From a virus (taxonomy: Duplodnaviria > Caudoviricetes): DNA of 64,000 bases. The notes under the pieces were generated by a model. The model had not been told where the DNA came from, did not search any database, and saw only the letters and a program-made list of their open reading frames with translations. The stretch is taken from IMG/VR virus record IMGVR_UViG_3300028197_000002, one strand, 5' to 3'. Of the stretch, positions 49,119 to 57,432 are shown piece by piece. The position numbers and the translations under genes are program-made. The first letter of the stretch is position 1, and each line of letters starts with the position of its first letter.

Positions 49119-50074
49119 TGTCTAAGCCTTTGGTTAGATGGACCATAGGTAAGTCCAAGCAAAAAAGCTCATACAAAATATTGGACGTGTCTATTAGACA
49201 GATGATTAGTTTGTATTCTGATAGGTTTGACTATTGTGTTCTTTATAATCACATAGAAGAAAAAGACATTCTTTTTTTGAAAGAAAAATACCCAAATGTA
49301 GTTTTTACAAAACAAAATTGGAAACTTTTTCCTGTCAATTTAAGTCGTCCTTCTGATGTGGGCGTGGGCGAGCACAATCAAATAATAAATGGTAGTTTCT
49401 GGAAAATTTGTCCGCCTCGACTGAACCCAGTTGGGCATGAAATCTTTCTTGACAATGATTTGGTTTTTTTAAAAAGACCAAAAGCAATAGAAGATTTTCT
49501 TTCTAGTAAAGATAAAAATTTAATTATAAGAGATTCAAATGTTTACTTAGGAAAGTATCAAGGTTTATTTGAGAATGAAAAACAAGGTTATAACTCGGGA
49601 GTAATAGGACTTCGTCCAAATTATAATTTTGAAAATCATATAGTTGAAAATTCAGGTTTTTTAGATGATGTTAATGACTATGGTGATGAACAAGGTTTGT
49701 TAATGTATGTTTTATATAAAACAAATCCAATAATAGGTTCTTCCGAGAGTTTTGTTGGAATTCACCCGGACAAATTGTTTTTAAATGGCATTTCTGATTC
49801 TAGGTATGAGCATTTAAAAAAAGAAGATTTAGATAAAAAAAAATTTTTGCAATTTTATTTAGATGAAAAGACAGGAAGTTGGAAGAATTTTAATGACTTT
49901 CAAAGTTTTGAAAGTGAAATGAATATTACCGCTCCATTTGGGAAACTCATATCGAAAGAAGAAACTCTTAGAATTTTGAGAGAAACTTTTTCAAATGCTG
50001 ACGTTGTTCATTTTTTAAAGTCGAATAGACTTTCTCATTTTCCTTGGAATTATTTTCGATTTAAATTTATATAA
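49118..50074 (+). CDS. Putative glycosyltransferase, KPLxRW family (copy 2)
   Basis: KPLVRWTIG..WKICPPRL..HEIFLDND..NSGVIGL..DEQG. Confidence 0.6.
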   Translation: MSKPLVRWTIGKSKQKSSYKILDVSIRQMISLYSDRFDYCVLYNHIEEKDILFLKEKYPNVVFTKQNWKLFPVNLSRPSDVGVGEHNQIINGSFWKICPPRLNPVGHEIFLDNDLVFLKRPKAIEDFLSSKDKNLIIRDSNVYLGKYQGLFENEKQGYNSGVIGLRPNYNFENHIVENSGFLDDVNDYGDEQGLLMYVLYKTNPIIGSSESFVGIHPDKLFLNGISDSRYEHLKKEDLDKKKFLQFYLDEKTGSWKNFNDFQSFESEMNITAPFGKLISKEETLRILRETFSNADVVHFLKSNRLSHFPWNYFRFKFI

Positions 50075-50768
50075 AATTTTTATTTAATTCAAAGTCTTTT
50101 TTAAAAGCTTTTCGTATAAGTTTTTTATTTTCCGGTGTCAAATAGTCTTTGTAGTTATGGCCTCTTTTTCTATGGCTGTGATTTTCACAAACTATGTTTT
50201 TTAGGTTTATTTTATATTTTTTGTTTATTCTTTCAATTCCTTTTTCTATATGCTTTATGTTAATTAACTCGTTTATTTCTTTTGTTACAAATTGACCCGC
50301 TGAATGGCTGTAACAACTTAAACAATCGGCAGGTTTAATTCCTTTAATTCTTAATTTTAAAAAATTTTTAAAATTTTCACATTTTAATTTGCACTTATAC
50401 TTTTCATAAGTTTTTCCTGTTGATGCCGCAAGGTCTGGATTCAAGCGTGCCAATTTTGAAAAGGCTGTGTGTTGTACTTCTTTGCCATGTTTGTGGTGCA
50501 AATAACAACTAACTGCTCTTTCATATGGATTTCTATAAAATTGAATTTTTAAATATTCTTTAAATTCATCTCGATCAACAGGGATGTTAATTCGGATTTG
50601 CGAGTTAGTTATTGGTAACCGATGCGTTACTAAATGTGCTTTGAACCTTTTAGTTTTGTCATATGATTCAATGTTAGAATAATCTATAAAAATATTTTTA
50701 ACAGAAGTGCTTGCGCATTTTTGAGTTGTTATGAATATAATTTTTTTTTCGTCATTAATCAATATCAT
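50067..50768 (-). CDS. Sulfotransferase family 2 protein
   Basis: FITTQKCASTSVK, RNPYERAVS. Confidence 0.75.
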   Translation of the reverse strand: MILINDEKKIIFITTQKCASTSVKNIFIDYSNIESYDKTKRFKAHLVTHRLPITNSQIRINIPVDRDEFKEYLKIQFYRNPYERAVSCYLHHKHGKEVQHTAFSKLARLNPDLAASTGKTYEKYKCKLKCENFKNFLKLRIKGIKPADCLSCYSHSAGQFVTKEINELINIKHIEKGIERINKKYKINLKNIVCENHSHRKRGHNYKDYLTPENKKLIRKAFKKDFELNKNFI

Positions 50769-50833
50769 TTTGAATCTTGCTGTTATTAACTATTATAATT
50801 TATCTATTATTGTTAAAAACAAAAAGGGTTTCG

Positions 50834-51751
50834 GTGGTAAACATAAAGTCTGACAAGCCAATTTTAAGATGGGTGCTAGGCCATTGTAACAAGCACAGTC
50901 TTTCTGTTTTAAATGCATCTATTAAGAGTGCTATTAACTTTTATGAATCAGAATTTAATTATTTTGTTCTTTATAACGAAGGAGTTGAAGAAGAAAAGTT
51001 AGGCCTGCTGAAGAATAAATACAAAAACGTAAATTTTTTAAAACAAGATTGGGCTAATCTGCCTTTTAATTTAAATAAGCCTTCGCATTTGGCCGCTGGT
51101 AGAGTCGATCAGGCTCCAAGCAACCAAGTGAATAATGGAAGTTTTTGGAAACTTTGTCCTCCAAGATTATCTTTAGGTGTTCATGAAATTCTTTTAGATA
51201 ATGACGTAGTATTTTTAAAAAGACCAGCTTTGATAGATGAATTTCTTAGTAGAAAGGATAAGAATTTAATAACAGAAGACACAGTATCTTATAATGGAAG
51301 TTTTGAAAAATATTTAGGTCGAGCATATAACGCTGGCATTGTAGGACTGAGGCCAGAATATGATTTCGAAAAAGATCTGTTAGAGAACTATGAACTTATT
51401 GATCAAACAAATGAATCTTATGCTGAAGAACAAGGTTTGACAATTTACACTTTATACAAAACTGATCCTTTAATTGGATCATGCAAAGATTTTGTTGGTC
51501 TTCATTGTGATAAAATCTTCTCATCTAATTTAAAAAAACATGAGAGCGAAATGAGAGAAGATTATTATTTGTTTGGGTCAAGGTTAGAGCCTTGGGATAC
51601 AAGAGTTTTATTTGAAGTTTTGTCTAATAAAAATTCTTGCAATTTGTTGAACCATGTTTTTTCAACCGCAGAGTCTATACATTTTTTAGGAGTAAATAGA
51701 AGAGAGAAGCATTTCGGATGGAATTTTTTCAAAAGTCTTAAAAAATGTTAG
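50834..51751 (+). CDS. Putative glycosyltransferase, KPLxRW family (copy 3)
   Basis: KPILRWVLG..WKLCPPRL..HEILLDND..NAGIVGL..EEQG; start uncertain (GTG 50834 or TTG 50777). Confidence 0.6.
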   Translation: MVNIKSDKPILRWVLGHCNKHSLSVLNASIKSAINFYESEFNYFVLYNEGVEEEKLGLLKNKYKNVNFLKQDWANLPFNLNKPSHLAAGRVDQAPSNQVNNGSFWKLCPPRLSLGVHEILLDNDVVFLKRPALIDEFLSRKDKNLITEDTVSYNGSFEKYLGRAYNAGIVGLRPEYDFEKDLLENYELIDQTNESYAEEQGLTIYTLYKTDPLIGSCKDFVGLHCDKIFSSNLKKHESEMREDYYLFGSRLEPWDTRVLFEVLSNKNSCNLLNHVFSTAESIHFLGVNRREKHFGWNFFKSLKKC

Positions 51752-52401
51752 ATTTAAGTAAAAACATATCTTTAGTGGCTATAGGTTCAACGAGAATCAA
51801 AGAAACTCATTTGGCAATTAGAAAATGTTGCTCTCTAGCTAAATTTTCTTCTGTTCTGTATTTTACAGATAAGAATAACATAGGGCATGACGACTGTGTT
51901 AAGTATATTGAAATTCCTAAAATAAAAAGCAAATTAGAATACCAGTCTTTTGTTGTTAAAGACTTTCCTAATTACGTTCTTCCTCATTTAAATAAGTCTC
52001 ATATTTTAAATATTAGTTGGGACGGTTTCATTGTTAATCCTAATGCTTGGAAAAATTATTTTTTGGAATTTGATTACATAGGAGCGCCTTGGGTAAAAGA
52101 AGCGAGTCCTATTTTAGCTGGACATTGTGGGAATGGTGGGTTTTGCTTGAAAAGCAGAAAGTTTTTAGAAGCTCAAGATTCTATAGAAGATCTTAGACAG
52201 TACACACCAGCAATAGAAAGGTATGAAGATGTTACTCTTTCTTTTCATTTCAGGAAGAAATTTGAAAGTTTAGGTTGTAGTTACGCTCCTGTTTTTGTTG
52301 GAAATGAATTTTCAACAGAGCATGGAAATTATGATAAACACAAATCTTTCGGTTTTCATAACTTAAGAATTAACAAGAAATTTGTCAATAAACTGCTTTA
52401 G
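51745..52401 (+). CDS. DUF5672-like glycosyltransferase-related protein
   Basis: WDGFIVNP..FDYIGAPW..GNGGFCLKS. Confidence 0.8.
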   Translation: MLDLSKNISLVAIGSTRIKETHLAIRKCCSLAKFSSVLYFTDKNNIGHDDCVKYIEIPKIKSKLEYQSFVVKDFPNYVLPHLNKSHILNISWDGFIVNPNAWKNYFLEFDYIGAPWVKEASPILAGHCGNGGFCLKSRKFLEAQDSIEDLRQYTPAIERYEDVTLSFHFRKKFESLGCSYAPVFVGNEFSTEHGNYDKHKSFGFHNLRINKKFVNKLL

Positions 52402-52492
52402 CATATGGTAAAATTTAATTTTATTTAATTATATTTTAAGCATAAATACCTAGTGAACGATTTTGTTCTCACTTATCCATGGAGGAGTAAAT

Positions 52493-52675
52493 ATGAAATG
52501 TCGTAAACCTAATGGCGTATTGATCACATTGCCACAAAATTGCGCGTCCCTTAGCAAATGTGGTGGTTGGAAGTTTTTTTTAGCTAACTGCCCAAGGACG
52601 AACATGATGTGCTCATCACTTTCAGGCGCATGGGTTCCAGCTATTACAGTTTGTAACCAACAATTATACAGCTAA
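52493..52675 (+). CDS. Cys-rich mini-protein (60 aa, 6 Cys)
   Basis: GGAGGAG RBS, upstream CATAAATA, own terminator. Confidence 0.65.
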   Translation: MKCRKPNGVLITLPQNCASLSKCGGWKFFLANCPRTNMMCSSLSGAWVPAITVCNQQLYS

Positions 52676-52706
52676 TATTATTATTTTTTTTATAATATTT
52701 ATACTT

Positions 52707-52737
52707 AAGCCTTTGTAGCAATACAGAGGCTTTTTTT
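52707..52737 (+). terminator. Rho-independent terminator with GCAA tetraloop
   Basis: AAGCCTTTGTA-GCAA-TACAGAGGCTT followed by T run. Confidence 0.85.
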
Positions 52738-52763
52738 ATGTCAAATTACTTATTTAAACTTAG

Positions 52764-52993
52764 ATGCTTGTTACAATACTCCTAATCGCGTTTGCCATTC
52801 CTAGTTATAGAGCATTATTCGCCTGTTAGAGAGCGTGTAAATTTAATTGAACTAAATCATGTCTATCATCCTAACGGCTCTACAAAGCTCCCTCAGTTCA
52901 TTTATAAGCGATTTAAAAAGACATGGAAGAGTATCTGTTGGAAATAGAGAACTTCTTTCTAAGATTATGAGGATTTCAAATGAGAAAAATTAA
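52764..52993 (+). pseudogene. Possible frameshifted remnant of an exported protein
   Basis: Signal-like MLVTILLIAFAIPS in one frame, VRERVNLIELNHVY in the +1 frame, GNRELLSK in the third frame. Confidence 0.3.
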
Positions 52994-53804
52994 CGTCAGG
53001 GTTTCTTCTGGGCTGGGTGATAGGCTTTTGACATTGCTTTTTTATTATGTTAATTTTGGATCTGAAAATGAAATAAATATTTTTTGGGAAAAGAATAATT
53101 GTTTGAATTGTGATTATGATAAGCTTTTTAAAAATAAAGTAAAACTTTCATTTGGAAATGATAATCTATTTTCCTTACCTTCCGATGTTCCTGTTATAAG
53201 CAGAAAAAATTTAGTGATAAATTATTTAAAAAGTTTAAAAAAGCAGGATGTTCTTATAAAAGGAGAAGTGTTTGATAAAACTTCTGATTTTAAGAAGCTT
53301 GATTATAAAAAATACTTTAAAGAGATTCTTAGTCCTTCAGAGGACATTCAGTCTGCTGTCAATGAGTATATTAAAAATAATTTTAATTCAAAAATAATTG
53401 GGGTTCATTTCAGGGCGGCAGACAAACTTTGTCCCAAAACTTTATCTTTTTTTTCGCCTAAAAAATCTTTGTTCCAAATTTTAAAAGAATATGATTTGGC
53501 GATTAAGACTTTTTTGACCGATGATTGCAAAATTCTTCTAGCCACAGATGATTCAGGTCCTAGATCTCCGTGTTCATCTGATATTCAAAATTTAAAATTA
53601 AAAGATTATTTTAAAGAAAAATATGGAAATAAAGTAATCGAGTTTCCTTGTCGATCTCTTGCAAGAAACACTGAAGAGGGCATAATTGATGCTTTCCAAA
53701 CTTTGATTTTGTTGTCGAAATGTGATTGTTTTGTTGGTTCTTGTCGATCTAGTTTTTCAAAATTAATCTGCGTCAATTTTGACGATAGTTTCAAATTGGT
53801 TTAG
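52980..53804 (+). CDS. NodZ/fucosyltransferase-like GT-B protein
   Basis: GLGDRL, GVHFRAAD, LLATD, LSKCDCFVGS..SSFS. Confidence 0.75.
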   Translation: MRKINVRVSSGLGDRLLTLLFYYVNFGSENEINIFWEKNNCLNCDYDKLFKNKVKLSFGNDNLFSLPSDVPVISRKNLVINYLKSLKKQDVLIKGEVFDKTSDFKKLDYKKYFKEILSPSEDIQSAVNEYIKNNFNSKIIGVHFRAADKLCPKTLSFFSPKKSLFQILKEYDLAIKTFLTDDCKILLATDDSGPRSPCSSDIQNLKLKDYFKEKYGNKVIEFPCRSLARNTEEGIIDAFQTLILLSKCDCFVGSCRSSFSKLICVNFDDSFKLV

Positions 53805-53832
53805 TTTACTTGCTGTCTTTTTGTTCTATAAT
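53805..53832 (+). promoter_or_regulatory. Promoter TTTACT-N16-TATAAT
   Basis: Read directly upstream of 53872. Confidence 0.55.
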
Positions 53833-53871
53833 AAATTCGTTAAAATTAATTTCTAAATACTGGATGATTAA

Positions 53872-54507
53872 ATGAAGATACTATATCCCCCACACCCCCA
53901 CATCAGGATTTTAAAAAACAAATTAGATAATTATGAAATTGACGGAAAGTGGATTGCTCAAAGAAAATTTAATGGAACTAATGTTGTAGTAAACATTTCT
54001 AAACACGGGGAGATAGGCATTCTCACCAGACACGGAACTGCTCCTAAATTATTTTCTTTATCTCGATCTCACATTGATCAAATAAATTCTTTAAATTTTG
54101 AAAAAGGAAAAGAATATTGGTTAAACGGAGAGTTATTAGATCACAAGACTAAGAATCCAGCATATAAAAAGAAAATTGTTTTTTTTGATGTTTTATATGC
54201 TGGAAATTATTTGGTTCGTAAAATGAACCAAGATCAACGACTTCAATTATTAAGTAATATATGTAAAGATGCAAAAAATACAGAAAATGATATAGCTGCA
54301 AAATGTACTGAGGATATATGGACGGCTGAGAGTTGGAATCAAGATTTTAAATTTCACTTTGAAGAATTTATTGATAGAGATGAAATTGAAGGTTTGATTT
54401 TAAGGCGAAAAGACTCGTTCATTGATAACTTTGGATTTAAAGCACACGATGTTAATTGGATTGTAAAATGCAGAAAACCGCATTCAGGAGGAAATTATGA
54501 ATTTTAG
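53872..54507 (+). CDS. ATP-dependent ligase-like nucleotidyltransferase domain (no OB domain)
   Basis: Motifs I QRKFNG, III LNGE, IIIa FFDVL, IV EGLILR, V VKCR; 211 aa. Confidence 0.8.
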   Translation: MKILYPPHPHIRILKNKLDNYEIDGKWIAQRKFNGTNVVVNISKHGEIGILTRHGTAPKLFSLSRSHIDQINSLNFEKGKEYWLNGELLDHKTKNPAYKKKIVFFDVLYAGNYLVRKMNQDQRLQLLSNICKDAKNTENDIAAKCTEDIWTAESWNQDFKFHFEEFIDRDEIEGLILRRKDSFIDNFGFKAHDVNWIVKCRKPHSGGNYEF

Positions 54508-54535
54508 TTGACACACATTATAACTTCACTATAAT
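54508..54535 (+). promoter_or_regulatory. Promoter TTGACA-N16-TATAAT
   Basis: Consensus hexamers read directly. Confidence 0.8.
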
Positions 54536-54579
54536 CATAACTTTTATAAAGTTAAAATTTTCTTTGCACGGAGGGTAAA

Positions 54580-55104
54580 ATGAAGAAAAAAATATCAATT
54601 AAATTAAAAAATAGTCCTAGTCCTAGTCCTAGCTCTAAGCCTCATCAGCCTCATCCCAATTCTCATCCCAATTCTCATGTTGAAGCTTTTGATCAAAATG
54701 CCTACTTGTTAAAGAAGATTAACAGGCATTTTTTGAAGCCTACTTTAAACTTGATTGAAAATGAAGGTTTAGACGAGAATGGCAACTGTCTTTTAACACT
54801 TGACGGTCTTTACATTATAAAAGAAGTTTTAAATCACATTGTTGATTTGAATTCAACTTCAAATATTGAAGGCATATTGACTTCTTTTGTTGAGGAAGAA
54901 GAAGTGGAAGAAGAAGTGGAAGTAGAAGTAGAAGAGGTTTTCGAAGAATTAGAAAACTACGAAGAAGATGATGATGAGAATGATAAAAATGAAAACAAGC
55001 AAGAAATTCGTTCAAGTAATGACTATGATGTTGAAGAATTAGATGAACTTGATGAACTTGATAATTATGTTGTAGACTCTGACGACGACTTCTATGAAGA
55101 ATGA
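54580..55104 (+). CDS. Hypothetical protein with SP/PH repeats and very acidic C-terminus
   Basis: SPSPSPS, PHQPHPNSHPNSH, poly-E/D tail. Confidence 0.7.
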   Translation: MKKKISIKLKNSPSPSPSSKPHQPHPNSHPNSHVEAFDQNAYLLKKINRHFLKPTLNLIENEGLDENGNCLLTLDGLYIIKEVLNHIVDLNSTSNIEGILTSFVEEEEVEEEVEVEVEEVFEELENYEEDDDENDKNENKQEIRSSNDYDVEELDELDELDNYVVDSDDDFYEE

Positions 55105-55110
55105 GAACAA

Positions 55111-56565
55111 ATGCCAAAAACAAAAACAAAGTCTGCTCACATATTAAGAGAGTTGCTGTCTAGCTCTAAATACAAAGAGGCTTTTGAATATGTTGATAAC
55201 CTTCAAGATGCTGAGTGTTACGAAATCATTGGAGATCATTTCTTTTATAGTTCAAGATCTGACCTTGCTGAAAAATTTTATTTAAAAGCTTCAGAGTTAG
55301 AACCACAAAATTCTCGTTATTTAAGTTCTTTAGGATCTTTTTATTTCAACACAAAAAAGTTTCAGTTTGCAGAATACTTTCATAAGAAATCTTTATTGTT
55401 CGATTCAGAAAATCCTAAAGCCTTATGCGACATTGGTTCTATTGAGCGTCAAAAAGGTCATTTTCAAAAAGCTAAAAGTTATTATGAAAAAATAATTTCT
55501 TTAGGGAAGGAAAATGAATTCGTTTATGCGAATATAGGAATTTTATATTTGTATTTGCATGATGTTAAAAAAGGAAAGCAATATCTTGAAAAAGCTTTGG
55601 AATTAAATCCTACAAATAAGACTATTAATTTTTATAATTCTTTTGCCTTGTTTAAATTGGGCGAGTATTCTGAAGCATTTAAATGTTACGAAGGACGCGA
55701 ATGGTTTAAAAAACCTCCCGGAGAAGAATGGGATGGTTCTGAAAATAGAAAAATAATGATCATGCCAGAGCAAGGTCTTGGAGACATGATTCAATTTTCT
55801 AGGTATGTAAAAAAAGCTAAAGAAATTTCAAAAGGCATAATTGTTCTTTGTCCTAAAGAGTTGTTTAGATTATTTGAGAATGTTGATGGAATTGATGAAA
55901 TAGTTGAGTTTAATGCGAATGACAGTTTTGATTCCTCTGATTCTGAGTCTTTTTCTTCTGATCAAGAAAATGCTTTGTATGATAATTTCACTAGGCTAAT
56001 GAGTCTTCCTAGAGTTTTAGATATTGACGTAGAGAAAGAATCTTCTTTTGATAATTTATTTAAAATAGATGAATCTAGCATTGAAAAATGGAAAAGTGTT
56101 TTAGACTCTGAAAACTCTAAGTTAAAGATTGGATTGTGCTGGAATAGCAACAGTGAAGGAGCGCAGCCAAGGTCTATAGATTTAAAAAAACTTGAGCCTA
56201 TTTTGAATTTGGATAATTGTGAGTTTTATTCTCTGCAAAAAAATGACAATGAGCAGTTGGAAGATTATCCAAATATAAAAGATTTCACGGACGAGTTTGA
56301 GGATTTTTATGACACTGCTGCTTTCATGGAAAACTTAGATTTAATTATAACTGTTGACACCTCTATTGTTCATTTAGCAGGATCATTAAGAAAAAAGACA
56401 TATTTGATTCTTAATGAATGGTGTTGTTGGCGTTGGTCTGACAAGTCAAATACTTTTTGGTATCCAGACGTGGAAATTTTTAGACAAAATGAATTAGGGG
56501 ATTGGAACGTTGTTGTTAAAGAGGTTGTTGATAAAATCAAAGGAGTTAATCAATGTGGTGTTTAG
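55111..56565 (+). CDS. TPR-repeat plus GT9-like glycosyltransferase
   Basis: N-terminal TPRs; EQGLGDMIQFSRY; LDLIITVDTSIVHLAG. Confidence 0.88.
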   Translation: MPKTKTKSAHILRELLSSSKYKEAFEYVDNLQDAECYEIIGDHFFYSSRSDLAEKFYLKASELEPQNSRYLSSLGSFYFNTKKFQFAEYFHKKSLLFDSENPKALCDIGSIERQKGHFQKAKSYYEKIISLGKENEFVYANIGILYLYLHDVKKGKQYLEKALELNPTNKTINFYNSFALFKLGEYSEAFKCYEGREWFKKPPGEEWDGSENRKIMIMPEQGLGDMIQFSRYVKKAKEISKGIIVLCPKELFRLFENVDGIDEIVEFNANDSFDSSDSESFSSDQENALYDNFTRLMSLPRVLDIDVEKESSFDNLFKIDESSIEKWKSVLDSENSKLKIGLCWNSNSEGAQPRSIDLKKLEPILNLDNCEFYSLQKNDNEQLEDYPNIKDFTDEFEDFYDTAAFMENLDLIITVDTSIVHLAGSLRKKTYLILNEWCCWRWSDKSNTFWYPDVEIFRQNELGDWNVVVKEVVDKIKGVNQCGV

Positions 56566-56744
56566 AAACTATAAAAAAACTTAACGAAGCTGCCGCTAAA
56601 AGACACGAAGTAAATGAAAACGTATCTTTAGCTTTTAGAGATGTTGGAATAAATAGTAAAGTTAAAAAAAACAATTTAAAGCCCAAGTCTTTAGATGATT
56701 TAGTTTGCGTTACTAAATGCAAAAGTAGTTTTTGGAACGACTAA
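56553..56744 (+). CDS. Hypothetical protein
   Basis: GGAG RBS; 63 aa. Confidence 0.55.
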   Translation: MWCLETIKKLNEAAAKRHEVNENVSLAFRDVGINSKVKKNNLKPKSLDDLVCVTKCKSSFWND

Positions 56745-56751
56745 TTGAAAT

Positions 56752-57426
56752 ATGATAAAATTAAATAAAAAGATTGTTGATAAAACAACTTTCTATTATT
56801 GTGCTGTATCAATGGGAGTTGATAGTGTTGCTAGTTATTTGTATTTGAAAAACAAATCTTATAATATAGCTCCTGTTCATATAAATCATAATTTAAGACC
56901 TCAAAATGATTTGATGGAAGATAAGTATCGTGAATTATGTCTTCACACAGGGGACAAACCAAGGGTGTTTAAAGCGTCTTTTGAAACTATGAAAACGGAA
57001 TTAGATTTCAGAGGTTTTCGAATAGAAAGCTTTTCTAAACTCTCTGATCCATCTAAGGGTCTAATTAAACCTAATGTGATTACTGCTCATCATTTGAATG
57101 ATTGGGTTGAAAGCTATTTGCTTAATTGTCTTAGAGGTCATCCTAAGAATAGAGTAATGTCATTGGTTAGTGACTTCGCTGATTTTGAAATCACTCATCC
57201 TTTTCTTCTGACCAGAAAAAAAGATTTTAAAAGATATCTAGTTAGAAATAATTATTTAAAATTTGTTGTTGAAGATGAAACTAATAAAATTTTAAAAGGA
57301 AGTCGGAGAAATTGGATTAGGAATTTTTTAGTTCCAGAAATGAAAAAGCAAAAGCTTTCTTTAGAAAAACACGCAAAAAGAAGCATTACAAAATTGACAG
57401 AGGAGTTCGAATCAGTTAGGATTTAG
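56752..57426 (+). CDS. tilS: tRNA(Ile)-lysidine synthetase, catalytic domain only
   Basis: AVSMGVDS (PP-loop variant), HINHNLR, TAHHLNDWVESYL, HPFL, DETN..RNWIR. Confidence 0.85.
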   Translation: MIKLNKKIVDKTTFYYCAVSMGVDSVASYLYLKNKSYNIAPVHINHNLRPQNDLMEDKYRELCLHTGDKPRVFKASFETMKTELDFRGFRIESFSKLSDPSKGLIKPNVITAHHLNDWVESYLLNCLRGHPKNRVMSLVSDFADFEITHPFLLTRKKDFKRYLVRNNYLKFVVEDETNKILKGSRRNWIRNFLVPEMKKQKLSLEKHAKRSITKLTEEFESVRI

Positions 57427-57432
57427 ATTCAT

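Noticed and set aside
54615-54680. AGTCCT x3 and CCTCATCCCAATT repeats as regulatory repeats
   Set aside because: They simply encode the SPSPSP and PHPNSHPNSH low-complexity linker
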